Below are positions 18,160 through 28,496 of a DNA stretch of 64,000 nt, piece by piece; within the stretch, counting starts at the first letter, position 1; each line of letters starts with the position of its first letter. Below the pieces are notes generated by a model. The model searched no databases and had not been told where the DNA came from. It worked only from the letters and a program-made list of their open reading frames with translations. Position numbers and translations under genes: made by a program. This DNA is from Parachlamydiales bacterium (lineage in GTDB: Bacteria > Chlamydiota > Chlamydiia > Chlamydiales > SM23-39): assembly GCA_050302075.1 (NCBI GenBank), contig JBNLAH010000002.1:132253-196252 (forward strand), given 5' to 3'.

Positions 18160-20499
18160 TTAAAATTGCCCAGCCATTGAGAAAAACCATCTTTTTTCAT
18201 CATCTACACTAGCTGGATTAATTGGTTTACCATAACCAATCATAATAGGTGTGCGGTTCATTAGTTCCAAGCGAATTCCAGCTCCATAACTTGCTCTTAA
18301 CTTAGCCGCTGAAAATCTATCAAAGGAGATTGAACCTGCATCAATAAAAATAAATGCATCCATTAACTTAAATATCATCTGACAATACTCAGCAGATAGT
18401 AGGGCTGAAGTAATACCACCAAGTGGCTCATCCTTAGCTGCCTTTGGTCCCAAAATATAAGGTTTATATCCTCTAACTGAATCTTCTCCACCAAGGAAAA
18501 ATCTTTCACTTAGTGAGAGGTCATATTTATCACTTGTTTTGCCAAACGGATCGATAAACTTAATATCACCTCTAAATTTTAAAGTTCCCTTTCTCCAAAT
18601 ACGCTGATACAAAGTATTTATAAATGATAATTTGTAGAAATTAAAATCTCCGCCGATGCCAGCTACTTCAAATTCCAGATAAGACCTTAATCCTTTTCTA
18701 GGTTTATAAATGCTATTTGTGGAGTCATAAGAGAGATTGGTAGAGGCAGCAGATATTATTCCCTCATTTTTACCAAATCTATCATTATTTGGTTGGCTGT
18801 CACGGTCTTTTACATCTGCTTTTGCGTTCCTAAAGCGATACTTAAGACCAAAAGATAAGAAATTTGTTATCGGGTAGGAAGAGAAAACAGAAAATCCGAT
18901 CGTATCTATATCATAGTCTTTTGATTGTAGGCGAGAAGATGTCTGAGTAAACTCAAAACCTAAGCGCCATGGGGTATCTCTAACATATGGGGTCATCCAG
19001 GATATAAGGTAATTATTTTGCCTTTTACCAGGATTGACTCGAATATGAGCATATTCACCACCACCGCGTAGAGCAGAGGGGCCTTTAGAGAAAATATGCC
19101 TAAGTCCGGCAATATTAAAGTTTCTTTCGGTAAGCTCAAGACCACCATTAATGTTGTCTGTTGTACTAAATCCCATGAATAAGCTGATACTACCTGTAGT
19201 TGTCTCTTCAACTTCGATGTAGACATCTTTATATTCAGGGCCAAGACCCAGCTCGTCTGAAGAGGGGACTGAATACACATTGACAGATTTGAAATAACCT
19301 ATAGATTGTAAACGTTGCTCTGTTGCCTGAAGTTTTCTAGAGTCAAATAATTCGCCAGGAACCAAAAGCGATTCTCTTAAAATGACGTTATCTTCTGTCG
19401 AGCTATTCCCAAATATGCGGATAAGGCCTATTTTAAACTGCTGACCTTCTTCAATTTTATAATCTACATTATAAATAGGTTTATCTTCTAATAGACATGT
19501 TTCAAAATAGACATTTGCTTCTATATAGCCTTTTGAGCCATACAACTCTTTTATTGCCTCAGCAGACCTTCTAATATTATCTGGAGAATAGTTTTCATTC
19601 GCATGAATCAGTATTCTTTTTTCTATTTCACTATCACTAATTAATGTATTTCCTTGGAAGGAAACCGATCCAAATTTGTAAACTTGCCCTCTGCTTGCCT
19701 TCACGACAATTATTATTTTGCCACTAGTGTCTTCTTTAAGGTAAATATCTACCTTGGCATCAGCATAACCTCTATTTTGTAGATAATTTAAAATCCCCAT
19801 TTTATCTTGTTCTAGGACTTCTTCTTTATATGTCCCAGAACCAGTAAGCCAGCTGAAAATTAAGTAGTACTTTTTTGTATAGATCTCTTCTCTAATTTCT
19901 TTTTCTTCTTGCTTTGAGAACCCTTCAAAATAAATCTCTCTAATAGTTCCAGATCGACCTTCAAATATATCGATTATTATATCTACTTGATTCTTTTTCT
20001 CTACAGGTTCAACAACATAGCTTAGTTGAGATTCAAAATAGCCTTTTTTTATATAGTATTCTTTAACCTTGTTAAACTGGCGGTTGAATTCAGACCTATT
20101 AAATACTGTAAAGGGCTTTATATTTAGTTCTTTTTGAAGTTTTTTTGTAGATACCCTTTTGTTCCCGTTCCATTCAATATTTCTTATCGTAGGTCTTATC
20201 CATAAATTTATTTTAATAAATATTTGATTTCCGCGCATCGATACATAAGGCTCGATCCTGTCGTACTCTTCCGACAACATCTTTAAGTCACTATCAAAGC
20301 TAAGTTGAGAGAATGGGTCATTTTTTCTAGTCTTTAATCTAGATAGTATAGTCCTTGTGTCATAAGCTGCATTATCATCGGCATTTTGAATGTTAACTTC
20401 AATCTCACCAACAGTTTTTCCTTCGTATGTTTCATATGCAGTTAAATGAATGCTGGTAATAAGTAGGGCAAAAATAAATTTAAGGTAGGTAAATCTCAT
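18160..20499 (-). CDS. bamA: Outer membrane protein assembly factor BamA (Omp85)
   Basis: 779 aa with a signal peptide, POTRA-like repeats, and a C-terminal barrel ending in an aromatic residue (..SMAGQF). Confidence 0.9.
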   Translation of the reverse strand: MRFTYLKFIFALLITSIHLTAYETYEGKTVGEIEVNIQNADDNAAYDTRTILSRLKTRKNDPFSQLSFDSDLKMLSEEYDRIEPYVSMRGNQIFIKINLWIRPTIRNIEWNGNKRVSTKKLQKELNIKPFTVFNRSEFNRQFNKVKEYYIKKGYFESQLSYVVEPVEKKNQVDIIIDIFEGRSGTIREIYFEGFSKQEEKEIREEIYTKKYYLIFSWLTGSGTYKEEVLEQDKMGILNYLQNRGYADAKVDIYLKEDTSGKIIIVVKASRGQVYKFGSVSFQGNTLISDSEIEKRILIHANENYSPDNIRRSAEAIKELYGSKGYIEANVYFETCLLEDKPIYNVDYKIEEGQQFKIGLIRIFGNSSTEDNVILRESLLVPGELFDSRKLQATEQRLQSIGYFKSVNVYSVPSSDELGLGPEYKDVYIEVEETTTGSISLFMGFSTTDNINGGLELTERNFNIAGLRHIFSKGPSALRGGGEYAHIRVNPGKRQNNYLISWMTPYVRDTPWRLGFEFTQTSSRLQSKDYDIDTIGFSVFSSYPITNFLSFGLKYRFRNAKADVKDRDSQPNNDRFGKNEGIISAASTNLSYDSTNSIYKPRKGLRSYLEFEVAGIGGDFNFYKLSFINTLYQRIWRKGTLKFRGDIKFIDPFGKTSDKYDLSLSERFFLGGEDSVRGYKPYILGPKAAKDEPLGGITSALLSAEYCQMIFKLMDAFIFIDAGSISFDRFSAAKLRASYGAGIRLELMNRTPIMIGYGKPINPASVDDEKRWFFSMAGQF

Positions 20500-20592
20500 A
20501 TGATTATAAATTAAGGCTAAGCTCTTTTTATTTATTAAATCTGGTCAAGGGACTCATCTTACATGATGGAGTAAAATTAAGCAAAACAGTTA

Positions 20593-21189
20593 TTAAAAAG
20601 ATTGGCGATTAATCAAAGCTCTAGCTAATGTTCCTTCATCTATATATTCAAGACTGCTATTTAGAGGCACGCCGAAAGCTAGTCTTGAAATCTTTTTACA
20701 GGTAGTTTCTAAGTGCTGTTTTAAGAATAAAGCAGTGGCATCACCTTCAATAGTAGAGTCGATGGCAATTAAAATTTCTTGGATTTTATTTTCAGTTACT
20801 CTTTTTTTTATTTTTTCTAGTTCTCCACTTTCAATTGCCTTTCCTTCAAAAGGAGATAGTAAATTATTTAATACGTGATATAGGCCCTTATATGACGAGG
20901 TTTGTTCGATTGAAAAAATATCTTTATGATTAGAAACTATGCATAATATAGAGTTGTCTCTTCTATCATTATTGCACAGTTGGCAAGCTTCTTGATTTTT
21001 AATGCAGCCACAACATTCGCAATATTCAATTTTTAAAGAAAGCTCTTTGAGGGCTTCTGCAAAAATAGATATTTCTCTATTTTCCCACTCAAGCAAGTGA
21101 AAAGCAAAGCGTTCTGCTGTTTTAGAACCTACTCCAGGCAGTTTTTTTAAAACTTGAATTATTTTTTTTAATTCATTTGGAAAATTCAA
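20593..21189 (-). CDS. recR: Recombination protein RecR
   Basis: Helix-hairpin-helix LPGVGSKTAERFAF, a C4 zinc finger (CECCGC...CQLC) and a Toprim domain. Confidence 0.9.
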   Translation of the reverse strand: MNFPNELKKIIQVLKKLPGVGSKTAERFAFHLLEWENREISIFAEALKELSLKIEYCECCGCIKNQEACQLCNNDRRDNSILCIVSNHKDIFSIEQTSSYKGLYHVLNNLLSPFEGKAIESGELEKIKKRVTENKIQEILIAIDSTIEGDATALFLKQHLETTCKKISRLAFGVPLNSSLEYIDEGTLARALINRQSF

Positions 21190-21328
21190 CTTAATCAGCC
21201 TAATTTTATTTTTTTTATAAATTAAAACTTTTACTAAATGAGGAAAGCACTTTTCATTAACTCACAATTTATATAAAATTGCTATCACAACATAATAATT
21301 TACAAGATAAAAACAAAAGGATTGTTGA

Positions 21329-22324
21329 TTGAAAGCAAAAATTATTGGAATTGGTTCTTATCTTCCAAAAAAAATACTTAGCAATCATGATTTAGAAAAA
21401 ATAGTTGACACTTCTGATGAGTGGATTGTTACCAGGACCGGGATAAAAGAAAGAAGAATAGCTGAAGATGAGTTTACTTCAACAATGGCTGTAAAAGCTG
21501 CTAGAAAGGCTATCCAAAATGCTGGCCTTACTGTTGATGAAATTGATTTTATTATAGTTTCGACTCTGACTCCAGATTATATGTTTCCAAGCACAGCTTG
21601 TTTAATTCAAAGTGAATTAGGCTGTAAAAATGCCGCAGGTATTGATATTCAAGCAGCTTGTACAGGTTTTTTATATGGCTTGTCTCTTGCTAATAGTTTG
21701 GTAAAATCTGGAACTTATAAAAATATTTTATTGATTGCATCTGAAAAACTATCTTCAATAGTTGACTATGAAGATAGATCTACTTGTGTTTTATTTGGAG
21801 ATGGAGCATCAGCTGCAGTTGTCAGTTCTCTAAACAGAAATGGTCTTTCAGTTGAAAGCATCTGTTTAGGTGCTGATGGAGAGCAAGCTGAATTGCTAAT
21901 TCTACCAGCAGGGGGATGTAGAGAACCTGCCTCTAGTAAAACAATTCAAGAAAAGAAGCATTTTATTCAAATGGCTGGAAACGAAGTGTTCAAACATGCT
22001 GTTAGACGCATGGAAAGCGCCTCTAAAGAATGCCTAGACATGGCAGGAATGTCGGAAGGTGATGTAAGCTGGCTAGTTCCACATCAGGCAAATAAAAGAA
22101 TTATTGATGCAATAGCTAAGCGTTTTAAGCATTTAGCAGCTAACAGAATTTTTGAAACGGTGCACAAGTATGGTAATACATCTGCATCGTCTGTCGGAAT
22201 TGCCCTTGATGAACTTATGAAAGAGCATACTGTTAAGGATGGAGAAAATATTTTATTGACTGCTTTCGGCTCTGGTTTCACCTGGGGAGCATCATTGCTT
22301 AGATATGAAGGAGAAGTTAAATAA
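21329..22324 (+). CDS. fabH: 3-oxoacyl-ACP synthase III
   Basis: TTG start after AAAGGA. Active-site Cys context (QAACTGF), plus HQAN and GNTSA motifs. Confidence 0.9.
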   Translation: MKAKIIGIGSYLPKKILSNHDLEKIVDTSDEWIVTRTGIKERRIAEDEFTSTMAVKAARKAIQNAGLTVDEIDFIIVSTLTPDYMFPSTACLIQSELGCKNAAGIDIQAACTGFLYGLSLANSLVKSGTYKNILLIASEKLSSIVDYEDRSTCVLFGDGASAAVVSSLNRNGLSVESICLGADGEQAELLILPAGGCREPASSKTIQEKKHFIQMAGNEVFKHAVRRMESASKECLDMAGMSEGDVSWLVPHQANKRIIDAIAKRFKHLAANRIFETVHKYGNTSASSVGIALDELMKEHTVKDGENILLTAFGSGFTWGASLLRYEGEVK

Positions 22325-23277
22325 TGGAAAAGAAAATAGCTTTTTTATTCCCAGGACAGGGTTCACAATATGTTGGAATGGGAAAGGACTTTTTTAATAC
22401 ATTTGCTATAGCAAAACAAACTTTTGAGGAAGCAGAAGATATCCTATCTTGGAGGGTTTCTGATTTAATATTTAATGGTCCTCTAGAGAGCTTAACTCAA
22501 ACAAAAAACAGTCAACTCGCAATATTTGTTAACAGTATTGCTATTTTAAGAACTATTAGACAGCAGATTCCAAATTTAGTGCCATATGTTTGCGCTGGAT
22601 TAAGCCTGGGTGAGTATAGCGCTCTTTGTGCGAGTAACATTATAGATTTTGAGACAGCTATCAAGCTAGTCAGAGACAGGGCATATTTCATGAATGATGC
22701 TTGTGAAAAAACAAAAGGAACAATGGCCGCTGTTTTGGGGTTGACCGACTTGCAAGTTGAAGATATAGTATCACCAATTTCTTTAGAGCATCAAGTGTGG
22801 GTTGCTAACTATAATTGTCCTAGTCAGACAGTAATCTCAGGAAGCTCAGAAGGAGTTAAATATGCTGGCGATTTATTAAAGGAAAGCGGGGCTAAAAGAG
22901 TTCTACCTTTGACTGTGCATGGAGCCTTCCATAGCGGGCTTATGCAAAGTGCCCAAGATAGCTTATCTCCTAAAATCATGAAAGCTAAGCTAAATCCTAG
23001 CGAGACTAAGATTGTGATGAATGTAGTTGGTGATTTTGTTGATGATTTCGATCAAATTCGTTCTAATTTGATTAATCAAATTACTAACTCTGTTAGATGG
23101 GAGCAATCAATCAACAAATTGAAAGAAGACTCAGTTGATTTATATATTGAGATAGGGTGTGGTAAGACATTATCGGGAATGAACAAAAAAATGAATCTTG
23201 GAGATAAAACATTATCTGTTGATACAGTGTTGGATTTAGATGTTTTAGTTGACCAAGCAGACTGCGTTCTTTGTTAA
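22324..23277 (+). CDS. fabD: Malonyl-CoA:ACP transacylase
   Basis: FPGQGSQ and GLSLGEYSAL active-site motifs. Confidence 0.9.
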   Translation: MEKKIAFLFPGQGSQYVGMGKDFFNTFAIAKQTFEEAEDILSWRVSDLIFNGPLESLTQTKNSQLAIFVNSIAILRTIRQQIPNLVPYVCAGLSLGEYSALCASNIIDFETAIKLVRDRAYFMNDACEKTKGTMAAVLGLTDLQVEDIVSPISLEHQVWVANYNCPSQTVISGSSEGVKYAGDLLKESGAKRVLPLTVHGAFHSGLMQSAQDSLSPKIMKAKLNPSETKIVMNVVGDFVDDFDQIRSNLINQITNSVRWEQSINKLKEDSVDLYIEIGCGKTLSGMNKKMNLGDKTLSVDTVLDLDVLVDQADCVLC

Positions 23278-23295
23278 AAATTTTAAGGTATAAAC

Positions 23296-24051
23296 ATGCA
23301 ATTACTTGATGGTAAAAAAGCAATTATAACCGGTGGAACATCCGGGATTGGAAGGGAAATAGCTAAGTTATTTGCTAAAAATGGTGCTAGTATAGCGATA
23401 TTTGGCACAAACGAAGAAAGAGCTTTGTCAGTTATAAAAGAGCTTGAATCTCAAAGAACAAGTGAAGCTCAAGAGTTTTTATATAAATTGGTAGATGTTT
23501 CAGGAACCAAGGAAGTAGATAGCGCAATTAACGATATTTTGTCAAAATGGTCTAATGTTGATGTTTTAATCAATAATGCTGGGATCACAAAAGATAACTT
23601 ATTAATGAAAATGAAAGAAGAAGATTGGGATCAAGTAATTAATGTGAACTTGAAATCTGTCTATAACACCTGTAAGGCTTTGGCAAGACCGATGATGAAG
23701 TTAAAAGGTGGCAAGATTATTAATATCGCCTCAGTAATTGGATTGATGGGGAACGCTGGGCAAGCAAACTACGCAGCTTCTAAATCAGGTATAATTGGTT
23801 TTACAAAGTCCTTAGCTAAGGAACTTGCTAGTAGAGGAATTTGCGTAAACTGCATAGCTCCAGGGTATATTAACACACCAATGACAGAAGCATTATCGGA
23901 TTCCATAAAAGATTCTATCATAGCTTCAATACCTATGAAGAAAATTGGGAATCCGGAGGACATTGCGAATGCAGCATTATTTTTAGCAGGTCCGTTTTCA
24001 AATTATATTACAGGTCAGGTTCTACCAGTTGATGGTGGAATGGTTATGTAG
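23296..24051 (+). CDS. fabG: 3-oxoacyl-ACP reductase
   Basis: Classical SDR with TGGTSGIG, NNAG and YAASK motifs. Confidence 0.9.
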   Translation: MQLLDGKKAIITGGTSGIGREIAKLFAKNGASIAIFGTNEERALSVIKELESQRTSEAQEFLYKLVDVSGTKEVDSAINDILSKWSNVDVLINNAGITKDNLLMKMKEEDWDQVINVNLKSVYNTCKALARPMMKLKGGKIINIASVIGLMGNAGQANYAASKSGIIGFTKSLAKELASRGICVNCIAPGYINTPMTEALSDSIKDSIIASIPMKKIGNPEDIANAALFLAGPFSNYITGQVLPVDGGMVM

Positions 24052-24091
24052 TTATGTTTTTTTTTAATTAAATAAGAAGAGGATAAAACCT

Positions 24092-24331
24092 ATGTCAATA
24101 GAAAAGGAAGTAATTGATATTATTGTTGAGCAGCTGGGTGTCGATGCAGAAGAAGTTACCCTAGAAAAATCTTTTGTTGAAGACTTAAATGCTGACTCAT
24201 TAGATCAAACAGAACTAATGATGCGCTTCGAAGAAAAATTTGATATTGAAATTAAAGAAGAAGAAGCCGAGAAACTCACAAATGTTGAAAGCGTTGTTAA
24301 ATATATTGAAAAAGAAAAACAACAAGCTTAA
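24092..24331 (+). CDS. acpP: Acyl carrier protein
   Basis: 79 aa, acidic, with the phosphopantetheine site DSLD. Confidence 0.9.
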   Translation: MSIEKEVIDIIVEQLGVDAEEVTLEKSFVEDLNADSLDQTELMMRFEEKFDIEIKEEEAEKLTNVESVVKYIEKEKQQA

Positions 24332-24350
24332 TTAAATTTCAAGCTGCTTA

Positions 24351-25055
24351 TTAATATCTGATAAGCAGCTGATTCATAATAATTTCTACTGTTTCACCAC
24401 TTATTGTTTTAAAAACTGAATCTACATAGTATTCTGGTAGTTTTTTTGCATCAGTGTTATCAATTACATAATTTATAAATTTTTTTGCTATAACCTTTTT
24501 TTCTGCATAGTGTAATCCTTCGAATTGATTTGTAAATCTAATTCCGAGTTTCGTTATAGTAGCTAAATCTTTCCATTCAAAGCCATCTTCAAATGTTTCT
24601 AAGATATCATTTGCATACTCTTTGATAAGCTCATCAGTAGGGTTTCCATCTATTTTAACTGAGGTTAAATATTCATCTAATGAATCGGTGATAATTATGT
24701 TAACAAAATGTGGGGCTAAATTTTTAAATAGTGGGTTATAAAATGTATCTGGGAGAGTTGATGAATCGGCATTTTCAAATACATAAAATAATATGTGAGT
24801 AGCTGAGTCACGCTTGCTTTCAGTTGTTATATGAGGAAAATTTTTTTCAATATCGGGCAATGCTAATTTTACAATTATTGGGAGGTGCTCCCATAGGATT
24901 TTCTCTTGGAATAATTCTTTAATGTCCATTGCAATCAAATCAAGTTCCCTATCTGTGGGACGAACAGTCACGCTATGGGCTGATGACATGGGATTATCAA
25001 ATTCATAAGCTGAAAATTTATCGTGATGACCACTTTCCTGATAATCAAAGAACAT
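24351..25055 (-). CDS. Hypothetical acidic protein built from two ~100-aa internal repeats
   Basis: 234-aa ORF with no recognised motif. A clear internal duplication is described in the findings. Confidence 0.6.
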   Translation of the reverse strand: MFFDYQESGHHDKFSAYEFDNPMSSAHSVTVRPTDRELDLIAMDIKELFQEKILWEHLPIIVKLALPDIEKNFPHITTESKRDSATHILFYVFENADSSTLPDTFYNPLFKNLAPHFVNIIITDSLDEYLTSVKIDGNPTDELIKEYANDILETFEDGFEWKDLATITKLGIRFTNQFEGLHYAEKKVIAKKFINYVIDNTDAKKLPEYYVDSVFKTISGETVEIIMNQLLIRY

Positions 25056-25136
25056 AAAAGCTCCCTAAAACTTTTTAAGTGGGATTATCAATTAAAATTA
25101 AAATATTTGTGAATCAAATTTTAAAAATAAGGTCAA

Positions 25137-25559
25137 TTATTTGATATGACGGCAGGTAAAAGTTGTTGCATATTTCTCTAAAAATGAAATAGCAAGTGAT
25201 GGGCTCTCTGAAATAATTGTCATTAAATTTGTCCTGGACAACGTTAAAAACACAGTATTTTTAACACAAGTAACTTCGTAGCTTCTCGGTTGATCATTAA
25301 ACAATGACTCCTCTCCAAAATACTCATTTGGGATAAGACTAACTTTTCTTTTATCTTTTGAGATAATTTCAACTTTCCCTTCTAAGATAAAATACATTCT
25401 ATTAGCAACCTGGTTGATGGCAAAAACCTTTTCATTTTCATCGTATTCATCTTGGATGAGCTTATCAGCTATTACTAATAGTAAATCAAGATCTAAATTG
25501 CTAAAAAGAATATGTTTTTTTAAGAAGAAGGCTTTTTCAACAAGGCTTAGTTCTTTCAT
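25137..25559 (-). CDS. Stand-alone cyclic-nucleotide-binding (CAP/CNB) domain protein
   Basis: 140 aa with a beta-roll and phosphate-binding-cassette-like YFGEESLFNDQPRSYEV (Gly-Glu and Arg retained). The start overlaps the upstream stop (ATGA). Confidence 0.75.
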   Translation of the reverse strand: MKELSLVEKAFFLKKHILFSNLDLDLLLVIADKLIQDEYDENEKVFAINQVANRMYFILEGKVEIISKDKRKVSLIPNEYFGEESLFNDQPRSYEVTCVKNTVFLTLSRTNLMTIISESPSLAISFLEKYATTFTCRHIK

Positions 25560-28327
25560 ATTTTAACAGTCTCATATAAATAAGTTGAGTTTGAGTCTAA
25601 CATAGGTGTTAGATTTAAAGCAGGAGCTATACTTTCTTGAGTTGCAACTTCAGTTAAATTTTGTGCAATTAATTTACCTGACACCGAAGATGAATTATTT
25701 AATTGTTCTAAGATGCTGGAAAGTCTAATTTGGGGTTCTTTCTTTGTTAAACTTGTATATGAATCGATGAAAACCGACCAAGGTAAGTTATCAACTAATG
25801 GAGATATCCACTTGAATATTTTTCTGTCACAGGAATTTTCCAAAGTTTCAACTGCATGAGAGTGAATCTTTGCATTCTTACTTCTTAAAGATCTTACCAA
25901 AAGCTCGCAATCTTCTACAGAGCCGACCGCAGCGAGCAAATGAATAATAAAGTCGATGCTTGAGTGAAAACTAGTTTTAAGAACTTCTATCAATAAAGAT
26001 AAATCATAACTTGGGTATCTTTGTTGTACGCATCTGGCATTATATAAGTAGAAATAAGCTTTTTCGATCTCAGTTAGAATTATACGCTTAAAGTACTTTC
26101 TTAGCGTTTCAAGGTCAATTCTAGCTATTACCTTGCTTGCTAAAACCCTTGATTTATCATGAACTGTTGTATCTTCCAAGATTGATAAGCAAACAGGCAA
26201 TACCTTTGGACCAATTGATACTAAGGCATTCTCAATACACCTAATTTCATTTGGACGGAAATGGAGTCCAAGATCAATGATTTCGGAGATTGAAGAGAGG
26301 TTTTTGATTTTTCCTAGAGCTATTAAACAATTTAGTCTAATTTGGGTATCTTTGCTTTTTTTCAATATTTTTAAAAGCTTTCCAGCAAACTTCGAACAGT
26401 CAGTCCCTGCAAATTTAGCAACAATCTCTGAAGCTTTTTTTTGAGTTTTTGGAAAGTCAAAATTATTTAGGACGCTAAGTGCTTGTTCAAATGAAAATAA
26501 GCTTTTCAAATTACTTAATACTTCTAAGGCCAATATTTGGTCATTAATGTTTGATGACCTAAGTTGGTTGATCAACTCAATATGGGCTTTTTTCTCTAAT
26601 TCTGAAAACTTACCTTCGCCAAGGAACTTATTGTTTAAAATAGCCAACATAGCAAGACTTTTTCTAAAAGTGTCTGGGCTTTCGAGATCGGCTTGGTAGC
26701 GTTTGTGACAGAAACTATTTTTCATGGTGAGCAATAATGAACATTTCCTAGCAAGATTCTTGTTGTGTGTTTCATGGGACCATTTTTCTAATATTTCTAA
26801 TATTTTAACATGCTTTGAGAAAACTGAATTATCTATTAGTGATAAGAACAAAAGTTTTGTCTCTTCTTGAAATGTGTCAGCAGAACTTATAATTTTATTT
26901 AAATATTTTTCATTTTTAAGTGTTAGTAAGCACTCTACAGATAGGAGTTTAATTTTACAGTTATCGGAGTTTAGTCCCTTTATCAAACTTTGGATGTTTT
27001 TTTGCCTTTCTTCTTTTGTTTTGGCAAAAATCCAATTGAATGGTTTTCTGTCGAAATGAACTGCATTTTCTTTTAAATTGATAAATACATATTTGTGGTA
27101 GATAGCTCTAATTACAAATGAGAAAATAATCATAATAATGCCAAGTACAAATCCTAATTGCCGGCTATCTGCATACAAAAGCAAAGAAGAGCTAATTAGC
27201 ATTCCTAGCGGTTCAAAAAAAGAGTCATTGATGATACGTACTTTTGCTTTTAGTTTTGATGGGACTGCGTTAACTAGTTGATTGTAATTGTTGTCTTCAA
27301 TTGTATAAGAAATCCCATCTAATGAAACAACACCCAATATTGCAAGGGTTAATGAATCTCCATTTAGCCATTTGCCAAATAGTAAAAAGAAAGCAAAAGC
27401 AGGCAATAAAATAATATTTCTCAAGCCTATTATTTTTACAAATCTGTTATAAAAAAATACTCCGATAATAATATTGAAAGCTGAAACAATTGCTCTTGTG
27501 TTTCCTAGATATTTTGTAACAGCGCTACTATCTGCGCCGCCCAAAAAGTTACTGAAACTTGATAAATAGCTGTATTCAGTAGTAGTGCCGATCAACTGGA
27601 TAATTAGCGATAAACAAAGTAGCGAAAATACAAATGGATGTGAAAATATTTGTTTTATTAGGTAAAACATTCCTTTGCGGTCGCCAGCGAAAACACCCTC
27701 TACAGTTTCATCGTGTATTGGTTGGTCTCTTTTTACAATTTTCTTCACTAGAAAAATAGCATATAGCAAAAAAGCTGAAGAAAGAGAAAACAGAGCAGTT
27801 ATCCCAATTTTTTCCAAGAAATTAGAAATTAGAAGACCAGATATAACAGCCCCTAAAAAATAAGAAGCATTATACATAGAGTAGGTTCTTTTAGCATCCT
27901 GGAGATCATGGTAGTTATCTATAAAAGCCCATGAACATGCGATCAAGTTTGCTAAAAAAGTTAACGAAAAGGCTTTTATCACAAACCAAAACCAAGTAGG
28001 CGGAGTATAATATGCAGCGGTTGCGGTGATAGATGTTATGATAACCCCAATCGTAAGCACTCCCATCAGAATCTTATAAGGACTGAAAATTTTCAAAAGA
28101 CCCAAGATCAAAGAAGATCCGGTTATCATAGATATCGCTGCAATAAGATATACCTTAGGTAAATATGCTTCACCTAGATTCTCAATAAAAAGACCATCTG
28201 TAAGCGTAGATATGCAGGTAGCGCCCAATGACCAAGTGATTACAAGGATAGCAAAGCGAAGAGTCTTTTTTCCTTCACCTGGGTAAATACCAAAAAGCTT
28301 TCTAAAAAAACTTTGCACTATTGGCAC
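25556..28327 (-). CDS. TLC/Npt-type (MFS-like) transporter domain fused to a C-terminal HEAT/ARM-like repeat region
   Basis: The N-terminal ~420 aa are polytopic. QDAKRTYSMY resembles the AKRFYSMF block of ATP/ADP translocase-family proteins. The C-terminal ~480 aa are helical-repeat-like. Confidence 0.7.
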   Translation of the reverse strand: MPIVQSFFRKLFGIYPGEGKKTLRFAILVITWSLGATCISTLTDGLFIENLGEAYLPKVYLIAAISMITGSSLILGLLKIFSPYKILMGVLTIGVIITSITATAAYYTPPTWFWFVIKAFSLTFLANLIACSWAFIDNYHDLQDAKRTYSMYNASYFLGAVISGLLISNFLEKIGITALFSLSSAFLLYAIFLVKKIVKRDQPIHDETVEGVFAGDRKGMFYLIKQIFSHPFVFSLLCLSLIIQLIGTTTEYSYLSSFSNFLGGADSSAVTKYLGNTRAIVSAFNIIIGVFFYNRFVKIIGLRNIILLPAFAFFLLFGKWLNGDSLTLAILGVVSLDGISYTIEDNNYNQLVNAVPSKLKAKVRIINDSFFEPLGMLISSSLLLYADSRQLGFVLGIIMIIFSFVIRAIYHKYVFINLKENAVHFDRKPFNWIFAKTKEERQKNIQSLIKGLNSDNCKIKLLSVECLLTLKNEKYLNKIISSADTFQEETKLLFLSLIDNSVFSKHVKILEILEKWSHETHNKNLARKCSLLLTMKNSFCHKRYQADLESPDTFRKSLAMLAILNNKFLGEGKFSELEKKAHIELINQLRSSNINDQILALEVLSNLKSLFSFEQALSVLNNFDFPKTQKKASEIVAKFAGTDCSKFAGKLLKILKKSKDTQIRLNCLIALGKIKNLSSISEIIDLGLHFRPNEIRCIENALVSIGPKVLPVCLSILEDTTVHDKSRVLASKVIARIDLETLRKYFKRIILTEIEKAYFYLYNARCVQQRYPSYDLSLLIEVLKTSFHSSIDFIIHLLAAVGSVEDCELLVRSLRSKNAKIHSHAVETLENSCDRKIFKWISPLVDNLPWSVFIDSYTSLTKKEPQIRLSSILEQLNNSSSVSGKLIAQNLTEVATQESIAPALNLTPMLDSNSTYLYETVKI

Positions 28328-28496
28328 CTCCCCCCATTTTTGTGGGATAATTTTTACAAATTAAGGAATTATCAGCCATTAATATTAGTTAATTTCAGAA
28401 TAAAAATCCCTCAAATATTCACTTTAGGTTTTTTTGATTTTTACTTTCTAAAATTTAAACAAAAGACTAAGCTTTCAAGCTAAAAGAAATAAAAAT

